From contig NW_024704743.1 of NCBI RefSeq assembly GCF_018977255.1, forward strand, positions 113,524,001 through 113,588,000: DNA of 64,000 nt, in the 5' to 3' direction. Every line of letters begins with the position of its first letter. The first letter of the stretch is position 1. The stretch comes from Callorhinchus milii (lineage: Eukaryota). Both the position numbers and the translations under genes were made by a program. This document shows positions 50,051-62,934 of the stretch, in pieces. The notes beneath the pieces are model-generated. The model searched no databases and was not told the origin of the DNA. It saw only the letters and a program-made list of their open reading frames with translations.

Positions 50051-51237
50051 GATAATACCATGGTTTATAAGTCTTAAAACTGGCAGTCAAAATCCATAAG
50101 GTAGAAGATGATGTGTGAACCCATTGCATTGAGAACAATGAAGGGGGAGGGATTGGGAGGAAGTGGGAAGGCCCATCCACCTCCTTCAAACTCCATATTC
50201 AATAGATTCAAAATAATCTATCTTGCACTGTATGCTTGACCATGCGATTGCTTCATATCAATCACATCAAATTTTAATGTGATTTTTCCAAGAAATGCTA
50301 CTGCTCAATACGTTATCTTATGAGTGTGGGAGAATATTTCATAAAGCTGGTGTACTTTAATATTCTCTTTGACATAACCCCTTGCTGAAAATCACACACT
50401 TTATATCATATATAAAACTTTTTATCTTAGTATGTGCATTTTGCAAATAAAGTAATACTGCATTGAGATGTATTGTACAAAATCTCAACATAATAATTTG
50501 TTCAATTGTCTGAAACACATACTACTGGATGTTTGGAGAAGGAACACAAAATGATCTGTGCACAGAAAATGTGCAACTTGGAGCTTTGAATCTGCACAGT
50601 GTTCTCAGGATACAATAATTGCTTTGTAGATGGAGGACATCTGCACACAGAGTTAATGTGTCTTGTAAAGGTTGAACTTCCGAGGACACTTATTTGTCAT
50701 TGTGTTTCACGTTTATGCCATAACCTTATCTATTGCTGGTTCCATGGCAGAATGGCAGACATGAGATATAGTATTTCATGCACTGAATATTCAAAGCAAT
50801 TCAAACCATTTTGGTTAGATGTAGTTTATTAGCCGGTTATCTCTGGTAGCTGGTTATTCCTTGTGTAATTCTGGTGTGAAAGATCATTGTAGGTTATATG
50901 TAGTTTTGTCTTGTGTGTAAGGCAACTATTTATACAAATGTAATTTTGTTGTTGTTATACTGCGATTAAAATAGACAAACATACTTTTTGTTTATTCAAT
51001 GCACAATTGTAAAGTGTAATTGCAATTGATGGTACCGGTCTTCCACATCTACATTGCATATATCTTATTTTTAATAAAAAAGGAACTATTCGCTAATTGA
51101 TAAGGTTCACTCTTACTCAGATTCTCTCAATGTGGTAAAACGTTTTGTTATTCTACTAACACAAATTGGCCTGTGAAACCTCAATAAACTGCACAAATTG
51201 TAAAAAAAATAATAATTTGATCACTCAATCCACGTGG

Positions 51238-51566
51238 GACACGTCTCAAAGCGCTTCACAGAATATACTGTAAAGTGAATTAATTGTATATTTTGTGGCC
51301 GAACGAGAAAGCCAATTGTCCACAGTAGTGTTCTACAAACAGTCATGGGTTGAGTGACCAAAATATGATTTTTTTTTGGAAGGAATTATTATCCCCGAAA
51401 AAGCGATCGACTAATCAACTAATAATCGGGTTCCTACTTACTGCTAGGTAAACAGTAAGGTGTGTGGTGTAAGGAAACTTGCCCAATGTTTCACCCATCC
51501 CAAGATTCAAACCCAGGTCCTCTCGCTTGCAAGGCGAGTGCTCTAACCACTAAGATACAGGACTCC
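51238..51566 (-). mobile_element. SINE family B, long subtype, tail missing, flanked by plus-strand SINE pieces
   Basis: Head GGAGTCCTGTATCTTAGTGG and middle CTGTTTACCTAGCAGTAAGTAGGAACCCG on the minus strand. Confidence 0.9.
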
Positions 51567-51903
51567 ATAAGACACCGTATCAAATGCAAACATTATTATT
51601 GTTATAAGAAGAACTTTATCCACTTTAAATATCATTCAACACTGATTTAGTGATATGGTAAGGTTTGTCAATTTACCATTTGTTAAATATTCCTTATGCT
51701 GCAAGTATTTCATTTCAAAGTATACATTTTCGCATGTTTCGAATGACAAAAAGCATCAAGGCATTTGTAACCCTTGGAATTGATTATCTATTTTATGTTT
51801 AAATAGCTAGAGCATTTCACAACTATGACTGTGCATGTCTTAATTCTGTGCATTATTTCTTTTCACTGAATTGTCATTCAATTCAACTGAATGCTTGTAA
51901 TCT

Positions 51904-52435
51904 ACAACAACAACAACAACAACAAGATTCCATTTATAAAGCGCCTTTCACGTCAGGAGGACGTCCCAAGGCGCTGCACAGTTGGGTCATGACCCGAGCA
52001 GGGGGGAAATGGTCAGGGTGAAGGTAGGGAAGGGAGGGAGCGAGGAGGGGGAAATGGTCAGGGTGTGGGGAGGGAAGGGAGGGAGCGAGGAGGGGAAGAG
52101 AGTCGAGAGGGAGCTGAAGGCACGGTCAAAGAGAAAGGTTTTGAGACCGGCCTTGAAGGAGGAAAGGGAGGAAGCAAGGCGAAGGCACTGGGGGATGGAG
52201 TTCCAGAGCCTCGGGGCTGAGAGGCTGAAGGCCCGACCACCGATGGTAGGGCGGTTGGGGCGGGGGACGTGGAGCAGACCGGAGCCAGAGGAACGGAGGG
52301 TACGGGCAGGTAGGTAGGGGATAGTAGGTTGGAGAGGTAGGAGGGAGCAAGGCCGTGAATGGCCTTGTAGGTGAGGATGAGGATCTTGAAATCAATCCTC
52401 TGGGGGATGGGGAGCCAGTGGAGGCGAGCGAGGGT
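51904..52435 (-). mobile_element. Young L2 3' end (ORF2 C-terminus, 3' UTR, (GTT)n tail)
   Basis: Minus strand CTCGCTCGCCTCCACTGGCTCCCCATCCCCCAGAGGATTGATTTCAAGATCCTCATCCTCACCTACAAGGCCATTCACGGCCTTGCT translates LARLHWLPIPQRIDFKILILTYKAIHGLA; CpGs retained. Confidence 0.95.
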
Positions 52436-52914
52436 ATCTAGGTAAGAATATATGCTTCAGTCATATTTGTTTGCTCCACTAAGTGTGTGCTCCTCCAATT
52501 TTGTCAACTACTCCTTTCCTAAAATCATTTGACTTTTTTTCCCTTTCTTTGGAGCATAGGTTTATGGGTGCAGATACTTTCCCATACCTGCCCCAAGTAG
52601 ACATTATTCACATGTGAGCCTTGACACTGCATAAGCCATTTGAGTAATCACCCCAAACTTTGACGGGATCTGGCTCCTCACTATTCTGTACCCAATGGAC
52701 ATTCAAGTGCTGCTTTTGTGTGTTCCAGAGAACAACCATTTATTTTATATACAATGACATATAAGTGATTCCTTCCCACTGAGGTTTCCTTGACAATTAT
52801 TTACTAGAAAAATAAATTAACCTACAATTGCCATTCCTTGAAACAAGAGTTTACGTTTGTATAGCACCTTTCAAAATATTTATATAGCTTCTTTCCTTTT
52901 AAAGCATTACCAAC

Positions 52915-53212
52915 CAGCTAGCTCCCACCACTTGGCCTGGCCTGCTCCTTGTTCCCTGCGCTGCCTGTCCCACCATCGGCGGTCCGGTCTTCAGACTTTC
53001 TGCCCCCACCTTCTGGAATCCTTTCACCTCGTCACTCGCTTACCTCCTTCAAGGCCCATCTCAAGACCTTGCTCTTTGACCAAGCCTTCAGTTATTCTCC
53101 TACCTCCACTCTCTTTCCCTCCAACCCTCTTGTCTCCAACTCCCAGCTCGGGTGCAAACCCAGTACCTATGATGTCCTCCAGACATGAAAGGCGCTATAT
53201 AAATGCAATTAT
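52915..53212 (+). mobile_element. L2 3' end
   Basis: TSFKAHLKTLLFDQAFS C-terminus; GACATGAAAGGCGCTATATAAATGCAA. Confidence 0.88.
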
Positions 53213-54384
53213 GTGAGCACAATTTATTGTTGTTCACATCTGGATCCACGGTATTTTGCACTGTTGCACCACTTGATTACTATTTAAGGCTGTTAAATGG
53301 TATGATTAAATCACTCCCAACGTGAAAGTTGCTATACAAATGTAATTTTGTATTGTATTTTAACAGGCAAATACTGATTGACTACTTTATACCATTATAT
53401 TTGACAGCACTTTACCTCCAAATAACACAAATAAAAGCAGGTATTTTCAACTAAACTTCTATGTGACCAGATTTTTAGTTCTGGTTATCTAATTGGATGT
53501 GCAAATCGGACCATCCAGTAATACTACCTGAATTTATAGGTCTACCGGAAAGTTATGTCATGCTAGGATGGATATAATAGCATATAAACTATGTGATGGC
53601 TGCAGGTACCATAAAATGAATAAAACCAAAAACAATAGTTCTACCTTGGAACAGGTAAACAGTGGGATGCTGTTGATGCGATTGATTGGACACGATAAGC
53701 AACCCAGCACAATGAAGTTCGGGTTCTTACACAATCTGTTCATTCAAATGAAATTATGCATGGTAGGAAGATGTTTAAACATGTACGTAAAAGAAACAAA
53801 GTAGAAAAGATTTTGTGTTTCTAATGAATTACAACATTTCACAACAGATTATGCCTTGGGTAGGAAAAACTCAAGCGTTTTTATAAGAATGATGGTGAAT
53901 GATTGCAGCAATAGAAAGTTGGCTGAGGATTTGTAGCCACAAGCCACTTGTTGAATGACACGTAAAGAAAGACCTGAACCATAGAAATAAGTGAATGATA
54001 TTTTACATTCTGTATTCTTCGTGTATACTAAAAAACGTATGAGTTAATATGTTAAATAAATTGTTTTGAGTTTATTTTGACATACATTATGTTAATGCAG
54101 ATCTTGCATTGAATAATACAAATGCTATGATTATGATTTCAAAATATTTAAGTGTAAAACAATTACTGTACTAGGCAAACTGGACTGTGGTATCATTTAG
54201 CTTGTAGTTGTATTTAGCACAAAAACATTGTTTTGTTCAATTAATTCTATTATTAAGCATCAAAAACCATTTGTGTCATAGGACATGCTGTATACAATTC
54301 AGTGACATTTTACACAAAATAATCAGCAATATTGTTGCTGCTGTTCTGAAAGATTATGGATAGATTCCTGAAAATCTTGCAAAG

Positions 54385-54610
54385 CGGCCTGCCTGTTTAG
54401 ATGGATGTTAAGGATCTCATGGCACTATGGCACTATTCAAGAAGAGAAGTGAGTTTCTCCTGTGGTCCTGACCAACAATCTCCTGTATAAAAGTGATCAT
54501 TTCTTTCATGGCTGTTTATGGGACACTGCTGAGTGCCATTTGGATTCCACTCGGATTCCTACAAAATACACAGTACTGCATGCTACAATAAATGCATGGA
54601 TTATTATTAT
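54385..54610 (+). mobile_element. Truncated Deu SINE
   Basis: CTGCCTGTTTAGATGGATGTTAAGGATCTCATGGCACTA core. Confidence 0.8.
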
Positions 54611-55029
54611 GTTTACACTTAATGTTTACATTTTTATAATAGAAAATTAACATTACCTCCTCTATAGTTAAATGTCCTTCGCTTGTCAGTGTACCAGAGA
54701 AACGCTCTACAATTTAAAAAATAACAGTCAGCCTACATTATTTTGCAAGGGGCCCTGATATAACTGATAGCCAATAACTGTTCCAGTACAGAAGGTAAAA
54801 CCACCAATTTACTATCTTGCTTTTTTATAGCAAGATGCGGAAAAGGTTAATTGTATTTTGGATATATGAATATTTATTTTAAATAGACTTTGCTTCTGCT
54901 TTAGTAATAATAATAATAATAATCCTTGCATTTGATATAGCAAAAATTGTAGAAAGTACTGAGCAAAAATTATTTATTATCCATGTGAAACTCTTTTTGC
55001 TCACGTCAAGGGCTTAAACCCTTAATCAT

Positions 55030-55537
55030 CTTTCGCCCACAAATATACGGTCAATTCACTTTATAGTCTATTCTGTGAAGCGCTTTGAGACATCGAAAAG
55101 ATGTGAAAAGTGTTATATTAAATGCAAGGATTATTATTATTATTATTATTATCTTTTACCCCTTCTACATGGAGTCCTGTAGCTCAGTGGTTGGAGCATT
55201 CACCTTACAAGCACAAGGACCTAGACTTGATTCCCGGGCAGGGCGAAATATTGAGCAAGTTTTCTTACTCCACACACTTCTGTTTACCTCGCAATAAGTA
55301 GGAACCCGGTTGTTAGCCGATTGGCAGATTGCTTTTCCTGAGATAATAATACCTTAAAGATTAAAATTTGGTCACTCAATCCATGACTATTTGTGGGACA
55401 ATGCTCTGGGCATTTGGCTGCCGCATTTCGCCCACAAAATACAGTCAATTCACTTTACAATGTATTCTGTGAAGCACTTTAAGACATCAAGAAGACATGA
55501 TAAGGCACAATATCAAATGCAAGCATTATTATTATTA
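55030..55537 (+). mobile_element. Tandem SINEs: truncated copy (55030-55152) plus full family B long subtype (55171-55537)
   Basis: GGAGTCCTGTAGCTCAGTGG head, CTGTTTACCTCGCAATAAGTAGGAACCCGG middle, (ATT)n tails. Confidence 0.92.
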
Positions 55538-55714
55538 CATTGTAATATAAATGTTGGAGTTTTAGTACTTCAAATCAACAACAACAACATCAAAGTTACA
55601 TTTGTATAGCACCTTTCACTTTGGGAGGACTTCCCAAGATGCTGGACAGTCAGTGTTTTGGGCAGTTGCAAAGTATAACAGTATCAGTTAAATGACATTA
55701 AATGATAGTATAAT

Positions 55715-55925
55715 ATTAATAACCCCTGCATTTGATATAGTGCCTTTCATGTTGGGAGGATGTCTCAAAGTGCTTTTATGGGATTTACTATAAACTGTAG
55801 TGACTGTGTATTTTGTAGAGAAACACATAAGCCAATTTCTGCACAGCAATGTCTGACACACAGCCATAAAGTTAATTATCAATTTTATCTGGGCTGTTTT
55901 TGGCCAGAACACAGGGAGAAACTCC
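55715..55925 (-). mobile_element. Truncated Deu SINE
   Basis: TGCATTTGATATAGTGCCTTTCATG...TTGGCCAGAACACAGGGAGAAACTCC. Confidence 0.85.
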
Positions 55926-57770
55926 AAAACTCATCAGCTTTGTTAGGGAAAGAAGAACCCAGCCTGACGAGGGAGCAGGTACAGTGCCCCCAGAAGTATC
56001 ATTCACAACCTATATCGTTTTGCATTAAATAATTATACTGTGTGTTCGAAATTTGGATAACTCTTGCACTTCTGAGTATTTTTACTTAACAAAATAAAAC
56101 CATTCTTTCGAGATGTGTGTTTGAACTGCCAAGCAAGAGTGGGAGCAGATGTTCCGTCCACTTTCTGCTAAAGGGGATGGTTTTTGCTCAATTCATTTCC
56201 TGATACTACAGCACGATTCCTAGAAAAACCGATATCGGATGCAGTACGTCGACTTTCAGTTGTCAATGAGAAAGAAACGCAAATTATATTGATAAACAAA
56301 TGCAACATCTTCCCTACTGCAGCCCGGAATAACGAAACAAGCCGATCAATAATTAGTTGCTATTGCTATTTTTTTTTTAAATCAGCAACGTCCAGTCCTG
56401 TTAGAACATCAGTGGCATTTAGTACAAGTTTCATTTTAACCACTAATAAAACGCAACAGCGTCTGATTTTATCAAATGCGGTTAATGTTTTTGACGCACA
56501 TCAAAGCAAACTTTAACACAGGAGTTGATCGCCTCTCCGCAAACATTCCCTCCCGCAACTGCTGTGCCCTTCTTTTCGGGGAGACTCCGAGGAAATTATG
56601 TTTTATGCGAACGAACTTTCCGATCCATCTTCGCTGTGATGCGGAGTTTCGTTGCTGCAACACCGCAACACTTTGCACAGTGACCAATACAAAAAAAAAA
56701 CATAAGGACCGTATATTTTTTTTCAAGATCCCAAAGTCGCAGCGTTTGCTGTGGATTTTTTTTGTTGCCCGTCTTCGCAAAGATTTAGTGGTACACTTTA
56801 ATATTATAGCTTTTTTTTTAAAAAAAGAAAAGGTTCATTTACAGAAATACGCGGCACCACAATTTTCGTTCACCTATTTCGAAAGGATTTTTTTAAATCG
56901 TAGCATTTTCTTTCATTATCACTGCAACTTTCGAAACGACGGTTCTGTGAGAAAACGGCACAATTAATGGACTAAGCGCCACACAGTGTTATTTCTGCAC
57001 TGTTGACTTGAATGTGACCCAATGTGTTTTGCTGCTGTACAGAAGCAGTGACACTCTCTCTCATTCTCTGGCGCTTTGGACAATGTTCTACTTCTGTCTC
57101 ACGGTGTTGACCAGTGGAAATTTGCAACCGGTCATATGGTGTTAAACGTGTAGTTGTTTTCAAAGGAACAGCGGCTCAGGGGGTTAAAGAGGAGGTTGAT
57201 ATTGGATGTGGCTATTGCTCGCGTATTCCGGAATTATATATCCAGGTATACATCATTCGTATAGACTGATGCCTTTCAAAATGCGGCATATTAATATGAC
57301 TTCTTTAACATGACTTGTGCTTAGGTATGAATTAAGTACTTGTGTTTTCTAAAATGGCTTGAATGTTTTAAGTCGTTTGCTTCATATGAATAACTGAATG
57401 ACGAGGAGGCGTTGTTCCCCTCATGGGCTGCTGTACATTAAGTCTGAACGAATCTTTTTGTATCATTAATTTGAAAGACCTCTTTCCGTGTGTGTGTGTG
57501 TGTGTGTGTGTAAGAACGCGCCTGAGCCAACCTTCAGCAGGTAACTGCTTTACTCCAAGTATAAATATGAATAACGGAATAAACCATCTATCTCTGTCAG
57601 TTGTGAATCAACTGTCCGAAGCGCTTGTTCAGCAGTGGATACGGTGTCGGGCTTAGATTTTCACAATTCGTTTGTCAATTTTCAGATGTAATCGATTTGT
57701 GAATCGGAAGTGTGTATCGATTACACTGAGAATATTGCGGGGACTATCACCAATCTAACAAAAGAACTGT

Positions 57771-58661
57771 CTGAAAATAGGAATAAGTATGACATTGAAA
57801 TAGGGCTCCAAATAATAATTTTAAAATCATTTTCTTACACTGCAGAGAACTAGGCAAATTATATGAAAAATCTGGTCAAATTTAGCCATCGATAGAATCC
57901 ATTGCACTGGATGAATCCTTTTAAAAAGGTTACTCATTTAGCCATGGACTCTCTAAAAAAAAATGAACACATTTATTTGCCAATACATACAATAGAGCTC
58001 ATCAACTGCTGCTCGGAAAATTTGTGTTCCAGCGTGACAAACCCTCAATGTTTTAATAGTTAATCTAAACAATCAAAGAATGTGGATACATTGAACTGGT
58101 TCAAGGTGATAAACTAAATTATGAATTGGGTCGTTAATCGATATTTTGCAGAACACTTCAGTTCGAACGACAGAGGAAGAAAACAATCCAAAATATTATT
58201 CTATTGGCTCTTCAATGGAAAATTTGGATTGTCTGTTTATCAAGGATTGTAGTCTGCTTGAACTTTAACTGGAACCAGCTGATTGGCACTGGTTAAAGGA
58301 AACTGTCTCTAATACCCATTAATGTTATTTTTCCTATACAATCATTTTCCCAATAGTCTTTAATCTTTCCAGTGGATATAAACATGGTTGGCGTGTGCGC
58401 CAAACTACAAGACATCAAACATACATCAAAAAAATGTCAGTTCGATTCTGAAAATGGTAATGAATATTACATTGAAAGGGCTCCAAATAATAATTTTAAA
58501 ATAAGTTCCTTACATTTCACAGAGCTAGGCAAATCATGTGAAAAATCTGGTCAAATTTAGCCATCGATAGAATCTATTGCACTGGATGAATTCTTTTAAA
58601 AAGGTTACTCATTTAGCCATGGACTCTAAAAAAAACATGAACATATTTATCTGCCAATACA
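57771..58661 (+). repeat. ~215-bp direct duplication (57771-57987 and 58447-58661)
   Basis: Shared GGGCTCCAAATAATAATTTTAAAAT...AAAAATCTGGTCAAATTTAGCCATCGATAGAATC...AAAAAGGTTACTCATTTAGCCATGGACTCT...GCCAATAC. Confidence 0.95.
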
Positions 58662-59021
58662 AAATCGCTGTTAGATGTATTTAATTGGATGTTGGGTTAT
58701 GGCAGAAATTATGAATTCCCTGCAAGAATGCACAGGGACTTTCTTCACCACCGTTCTGACACTTTGAAACGAACAGTGGAAAGGAGGTAGAACTGAACAT
58801 CGTGGTTGCATTAGATTAGGGCACCAGCTGCTTCCGAAAATTAGGAGTATAATTCGCTGAAAAGGTAGCAAGAAGCCTGCAATCGCACACAATTTGGCCC
58901 GCCAGAAGTTGACGGTTTGAACATCCGCCATAAAATCTGAGCCCAACCGATTTTACGCGAAAAAAATGCAAATATTATACCCGGAAGGAGACGGTTGGTT
59001 ATCTTTGTCAACTATCGAGTT

Positions 59022-59057
59022 TTCTCTCTCTCTCTCTCTCCCTCTCTCTCTCTCTCT
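59022..59057 (+). repeat. (CT)n microsatellite
   Basis: Direct reading. Confidence 0.95.
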
Positions 59058-61234
59058 GGTTGCGTGTGTTACACACATAAACCACATGAAAGCAATCACG
59101 CCATAACTGATGCGATTTACTGTTGCTTAACATTTTACAATGTGCATTAGACATGCGATGTGCGATCATTCAGAGAGTGTTCTGATATGCCATACTATTC
59201 AGCATAAGAGTGCCGGAGGCCACTTCTGCCGAGGCGGCCCTTGGGAAACAGGAGAAATAAGTTATTTCTGCAAAAGTCAAGTTAAACCCATTCCCATTGA
59301 ACCCGTTTACGTGTTGGTGACTGTGTCCTCTTCCACCACCGCGTCCCCACCCGCACACGTACACACAGACAGACATCTGAGGAGCAGAAACCGTTCGCAC
59401 CACATAAGAATAGCCGACATTTCTCTATAAAGCGAGTTTATCGGCAATAATGGTTACTTTAGGTTTGGTCTTAATCAGTTTTACCAAAAAAAAGAAATAT
59501 TAAATATATCATCTTTGTGATGGTTGCGTAACTTTTTATTGGTTTATTATCCACGGGGAAGTTGTCCTCCTGGACAATAAAACAATGAGACGTTTGTAAT
59601 ATTGCAATGCTGGAAGTTGTGACTTGGAACTCTTGTCCTCTCTCACAACGAGAGCTGCGGGTGATCCTAATAGGTGTTTGAGTAGCGACAAACATTGTGT
59701 GCGTCGTGAGATTTTATTCTTCGGTAAACAATCCCAAGTCATCCAAATATTTGCTTAACCAGGTGTCTGGAGATGCGTCGCTTGCCAACAGATTTCATCC
59801 GTAGAAAATCTGTATTATTCCGTACTAACGGGGCGTCATTTCGTTGCACTGTTTTTAATTAAATTCTTTGGTGTCGCGAAACAAAGGCGAGATTGTGTAC
59901 TCACTGCGTGCAAAACCTGTTCGGTGTTTGTTCTTTAATTAAAAACAGCACACCCTGCAGTTTCACTTATCTTCAGCAAAAACTCCCGGGACCAAACGAA
60001 TAGGCGAGTTGCAGCAGAGCAAAGCTAACAAATGGTAAGAGGCCCTGACTGCTAAATGAAGCAACAAGATTTCGAGCAAGATTTCGTGGCGTTCGTGCAC
60101 ACATCGCTGGGGGGAAAAAAATATCTTGCGTTATTTCTCTCGCGATTGACATCTCTGTTTTTATTGGGACTCTTTTCCCTCGTTGCGCTATATATTGTAG
60201 ATCTATTACAATAAGATCTGAGGTTTCAGGTCACCCTGGAAAATAAAGGCCAATAGAAATCACGTAAAAGCACACAGCGAATATTTGCTAATAAAAACAC
60301 TGAGATGTTTTCTGGTTACATTTCAAGAATATTCCGAGCGCATAAGAGAATTACAAATATGCTCGTGTTTTAAGGAAAACGAGAGAGAGAGAATGCGGGT
60401 GGTCTTCAGAGGTTTCGGGGGGGAAATGTCCAGAGAAAACGCGTGAATTAATGATTTGCTGCACAGGACAATGTCCGAAGGACATTCAGACAATTACGTT
60501 GCATTTATGTTGTTGGCAGATGACACACTGGCGATTCAAACACCAAATACCGTAGACATTTTGCCACCAAATTCAATCGTACAGAAACGCGCAGAGAACG
60601 GCTCGTTCCGCGGATTCGTGATCCCGATACCACAACACACGTTCAGATTGATTTTAACTGCAGGATTTGTGGACTGGTTTTAATTCGAAAACATTCCAAA
60701 CATCACCGATTACCTGAAGTCAATTCATAAGCGTTCAGGTGAGACTTTTATCCGTTTGTATCTGGTAGATTTGCAGCTGGTTTTAAAATACAGTGACCGC
60801 GGCTATTTAAGCAGAGAAAGTCGAGGGCACGTTACATTAGCAAACGTAGGTATTTATATATAGTATATATATCTACATCTCTATAATTTCTCCTGGACTT
60901 TTGGGTTTACCTTAAATATTGAGCAAAAGAAAAAAAAAAATTAAAAAAAAAAAAAAAATCGTAGCGCTGAAAAGCGTTGAGAGCAGGAAATGTAAAGTGA
61001 TTTTTTTTAATTAAAAAAAAATGCAAAGCGGAGGCGAAACACCAAATGAAAACGGAACGGTTTTATCCAAAGTGGAAATCATTTCTTTCGTCGACCAATT
61101 GGCCGAACGGACAAAGATGTACTTACGCTGTGCAATCCGAGTGAGAGCAATGATAATGTCTGTGTCCAGTCTGACCAGGGTTTAGCACGTGTAGCCTCAG
61201 CCAACCCCACACACACCAACTGCACTCACCCGGT

Positions 61235-61260
61235 ACACACACACACACACACACACACAC
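61235..61260 (+). repeat. (AC)n microsatellite
   Basis: Direct reading. Confidence 0.95.
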
Positions 61261-62569
61261 GTGCACTTTCACAGCGAACCCATCATTTTGGGAATCTTTG
61301 CTCGCACCGACAGTGGGTGTCGGGGGTTTCGAGCGCACATTGATACGGAAAGGCGGGGAGTTATTATTGTCGGTCCAAATGTGGGTCGGCCATTGCATGT
61401 GAGCCTGGTCCTTGCAGCTCGCCCGACGGCTACTGCGGCCACAGAGGCGACGAAATGTCCTCGTCCCGGACCCGCTAAAGCTTTGCGTTCCCCGCAAGCG
61501 ATCCCGGCAGTTGGGTAACAGTAACAGTAATAATAATCCTTGCCTTTGATGTGGCGCTTTATCGCATCGTCGAAATGTCTCAAAGCGCTTCACAGGATAT
61601 ACTGCGAAATGGAATAAATACTATAAAGTGGATGAGCCTCTCTGGGTGGTGGTGGAGATGGGACTTGCACCTCTTGTCGACAGTACGTGGTGTCTGTGAG
61701 TGCACCTGGAGGCAATGGTTTGACCTGTGGGCAGAGGAGGAATTGCTCAGTCAGGGCAATGGTTTGTCACCTTTTTTTGTAGTCAACAACATACCAGCCA
61801 GACCTGAATGCCAAGTTTAAAACTTTCCAATTCCAGCTGCTGAGAACATAGCTTTGCAGTTCGAAAGGTGAGTCTCTCCCAGATACCATCCCTTTAGCCT
61901 ATATCTGGAGAATATTATGTGTAGGTTTGCAGAAGCCAAGGCATTATCCAGATTGACTCTGCACTATTGGCTTCTGTGTTTTGCCCACATAATATACAGT
62001 CAATTCACTTTACAGTATATCCTGTGACTCGCTCTGAGGCATTTCAATGACATGACACTATATCAAATGCAAGGATTATTATTACGACCACAAAGTACAT
62101 ATTGGGATTGTGCTAGGATTTACTGAGCTGAAGCCATGAAGGAGACAATGGAAAGACTCCCACCCTACTGGTAAACTGACAACAAGAATTTGCACTTATA
62201 TATAAATGTAATTTTGTTGTTGTTATAAAGCGCTCTCCATGCAGGATAGCGTCTCAGAGCACTTATACCAAGCCCACCAATAACACCAATTTCATCTTCA
62301 GAATGGTGGTTAAGTATCGCCAGAGCCTCTTCCGTGCTGAAGACATTTTCTCTTTTTACCGCAAATCCACCTTGACATTGTCCTAGCTCTCACAAATAAG
62401 ATGCAGGAAACCTTTCTACTGCATGAATTGGAGCTCCAATCCATGAAGGAATATTGTCTGGACACCACAAACATAACTTGAATTTGTTTTTTCCTTTGGT
62501 TTAAAACCAACGATATGCCTTTGGATTACTATTGCAACCACACATCATCAGTATTTCAATATCCTTGTT

Positions 62570-62933
62570 TTCAAATCCCTTCATGCCCTCGCAGCTCCCT
62601 ACCTATCAGATCTGCTTACCCCCCACTTCACCACCCGCTGCCTCCACTTGACTGCCTCCGGCCTTCTATTTGTCCCTCGTCACCTCTGCTCCACCATCAG
62701 TGGCTGTGACTTCAGTCAATGTGCCCTGAAACTCTGGAATTTTCCCTCAAAAATCCCTCCACCTTGCCCCCTCCCTCCCTACCTTCAAATCCTGCCTAAA
62801 GACTTACGTTTTTGATTGTGCTTCTGGTCACCTCCCATTTCCTCTCCCCCTGGCTCAGTGTCAGATTCCACCACTGTCAAGCTCTCCAGGACACTACCCG
62901 GCATGAAGGGCACTATATAAATGCAAGTTGTTT
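62570..62933 (+). mobile_element. L2 3' end
   Basis: TTCAAATCCCTTCATGCCCTCGCAGCTCCCTACCT (FKSLH-LA-PY)...CTCTGGAAT...TATATAAATGCAAGTTGTT. Confidence 0.88.
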
Positions 62934-62934
62934 T

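Larger units (their letters stand above)
56100..61600. promoter_or_regulatory. CpG-rich, transposon-poor domain; probable promoter or non-methylated island of an unidentified gene
   Basis: Sharp rise in CpG (often 2-5 per 60-nt line versus mostly 0-1 elsewhere); no SINE/LINE for over 5 kb; GC-rich core about 61270-61510 with a GC-box-like AGGCGGGG at 61351, CCAAT near 61095, and minus-strand donors at 61230 and 61127. Confidence 0.75.

Noticed and set aside
56476..56967. Longest ORF (163 aa) and overlapping ORFs in the CpG domain, including 59140-59430 and 61123-61593
   Set aside because: No recognisable domain; cross homopolymer runs, microsatellites or a SINE tail; probably chance
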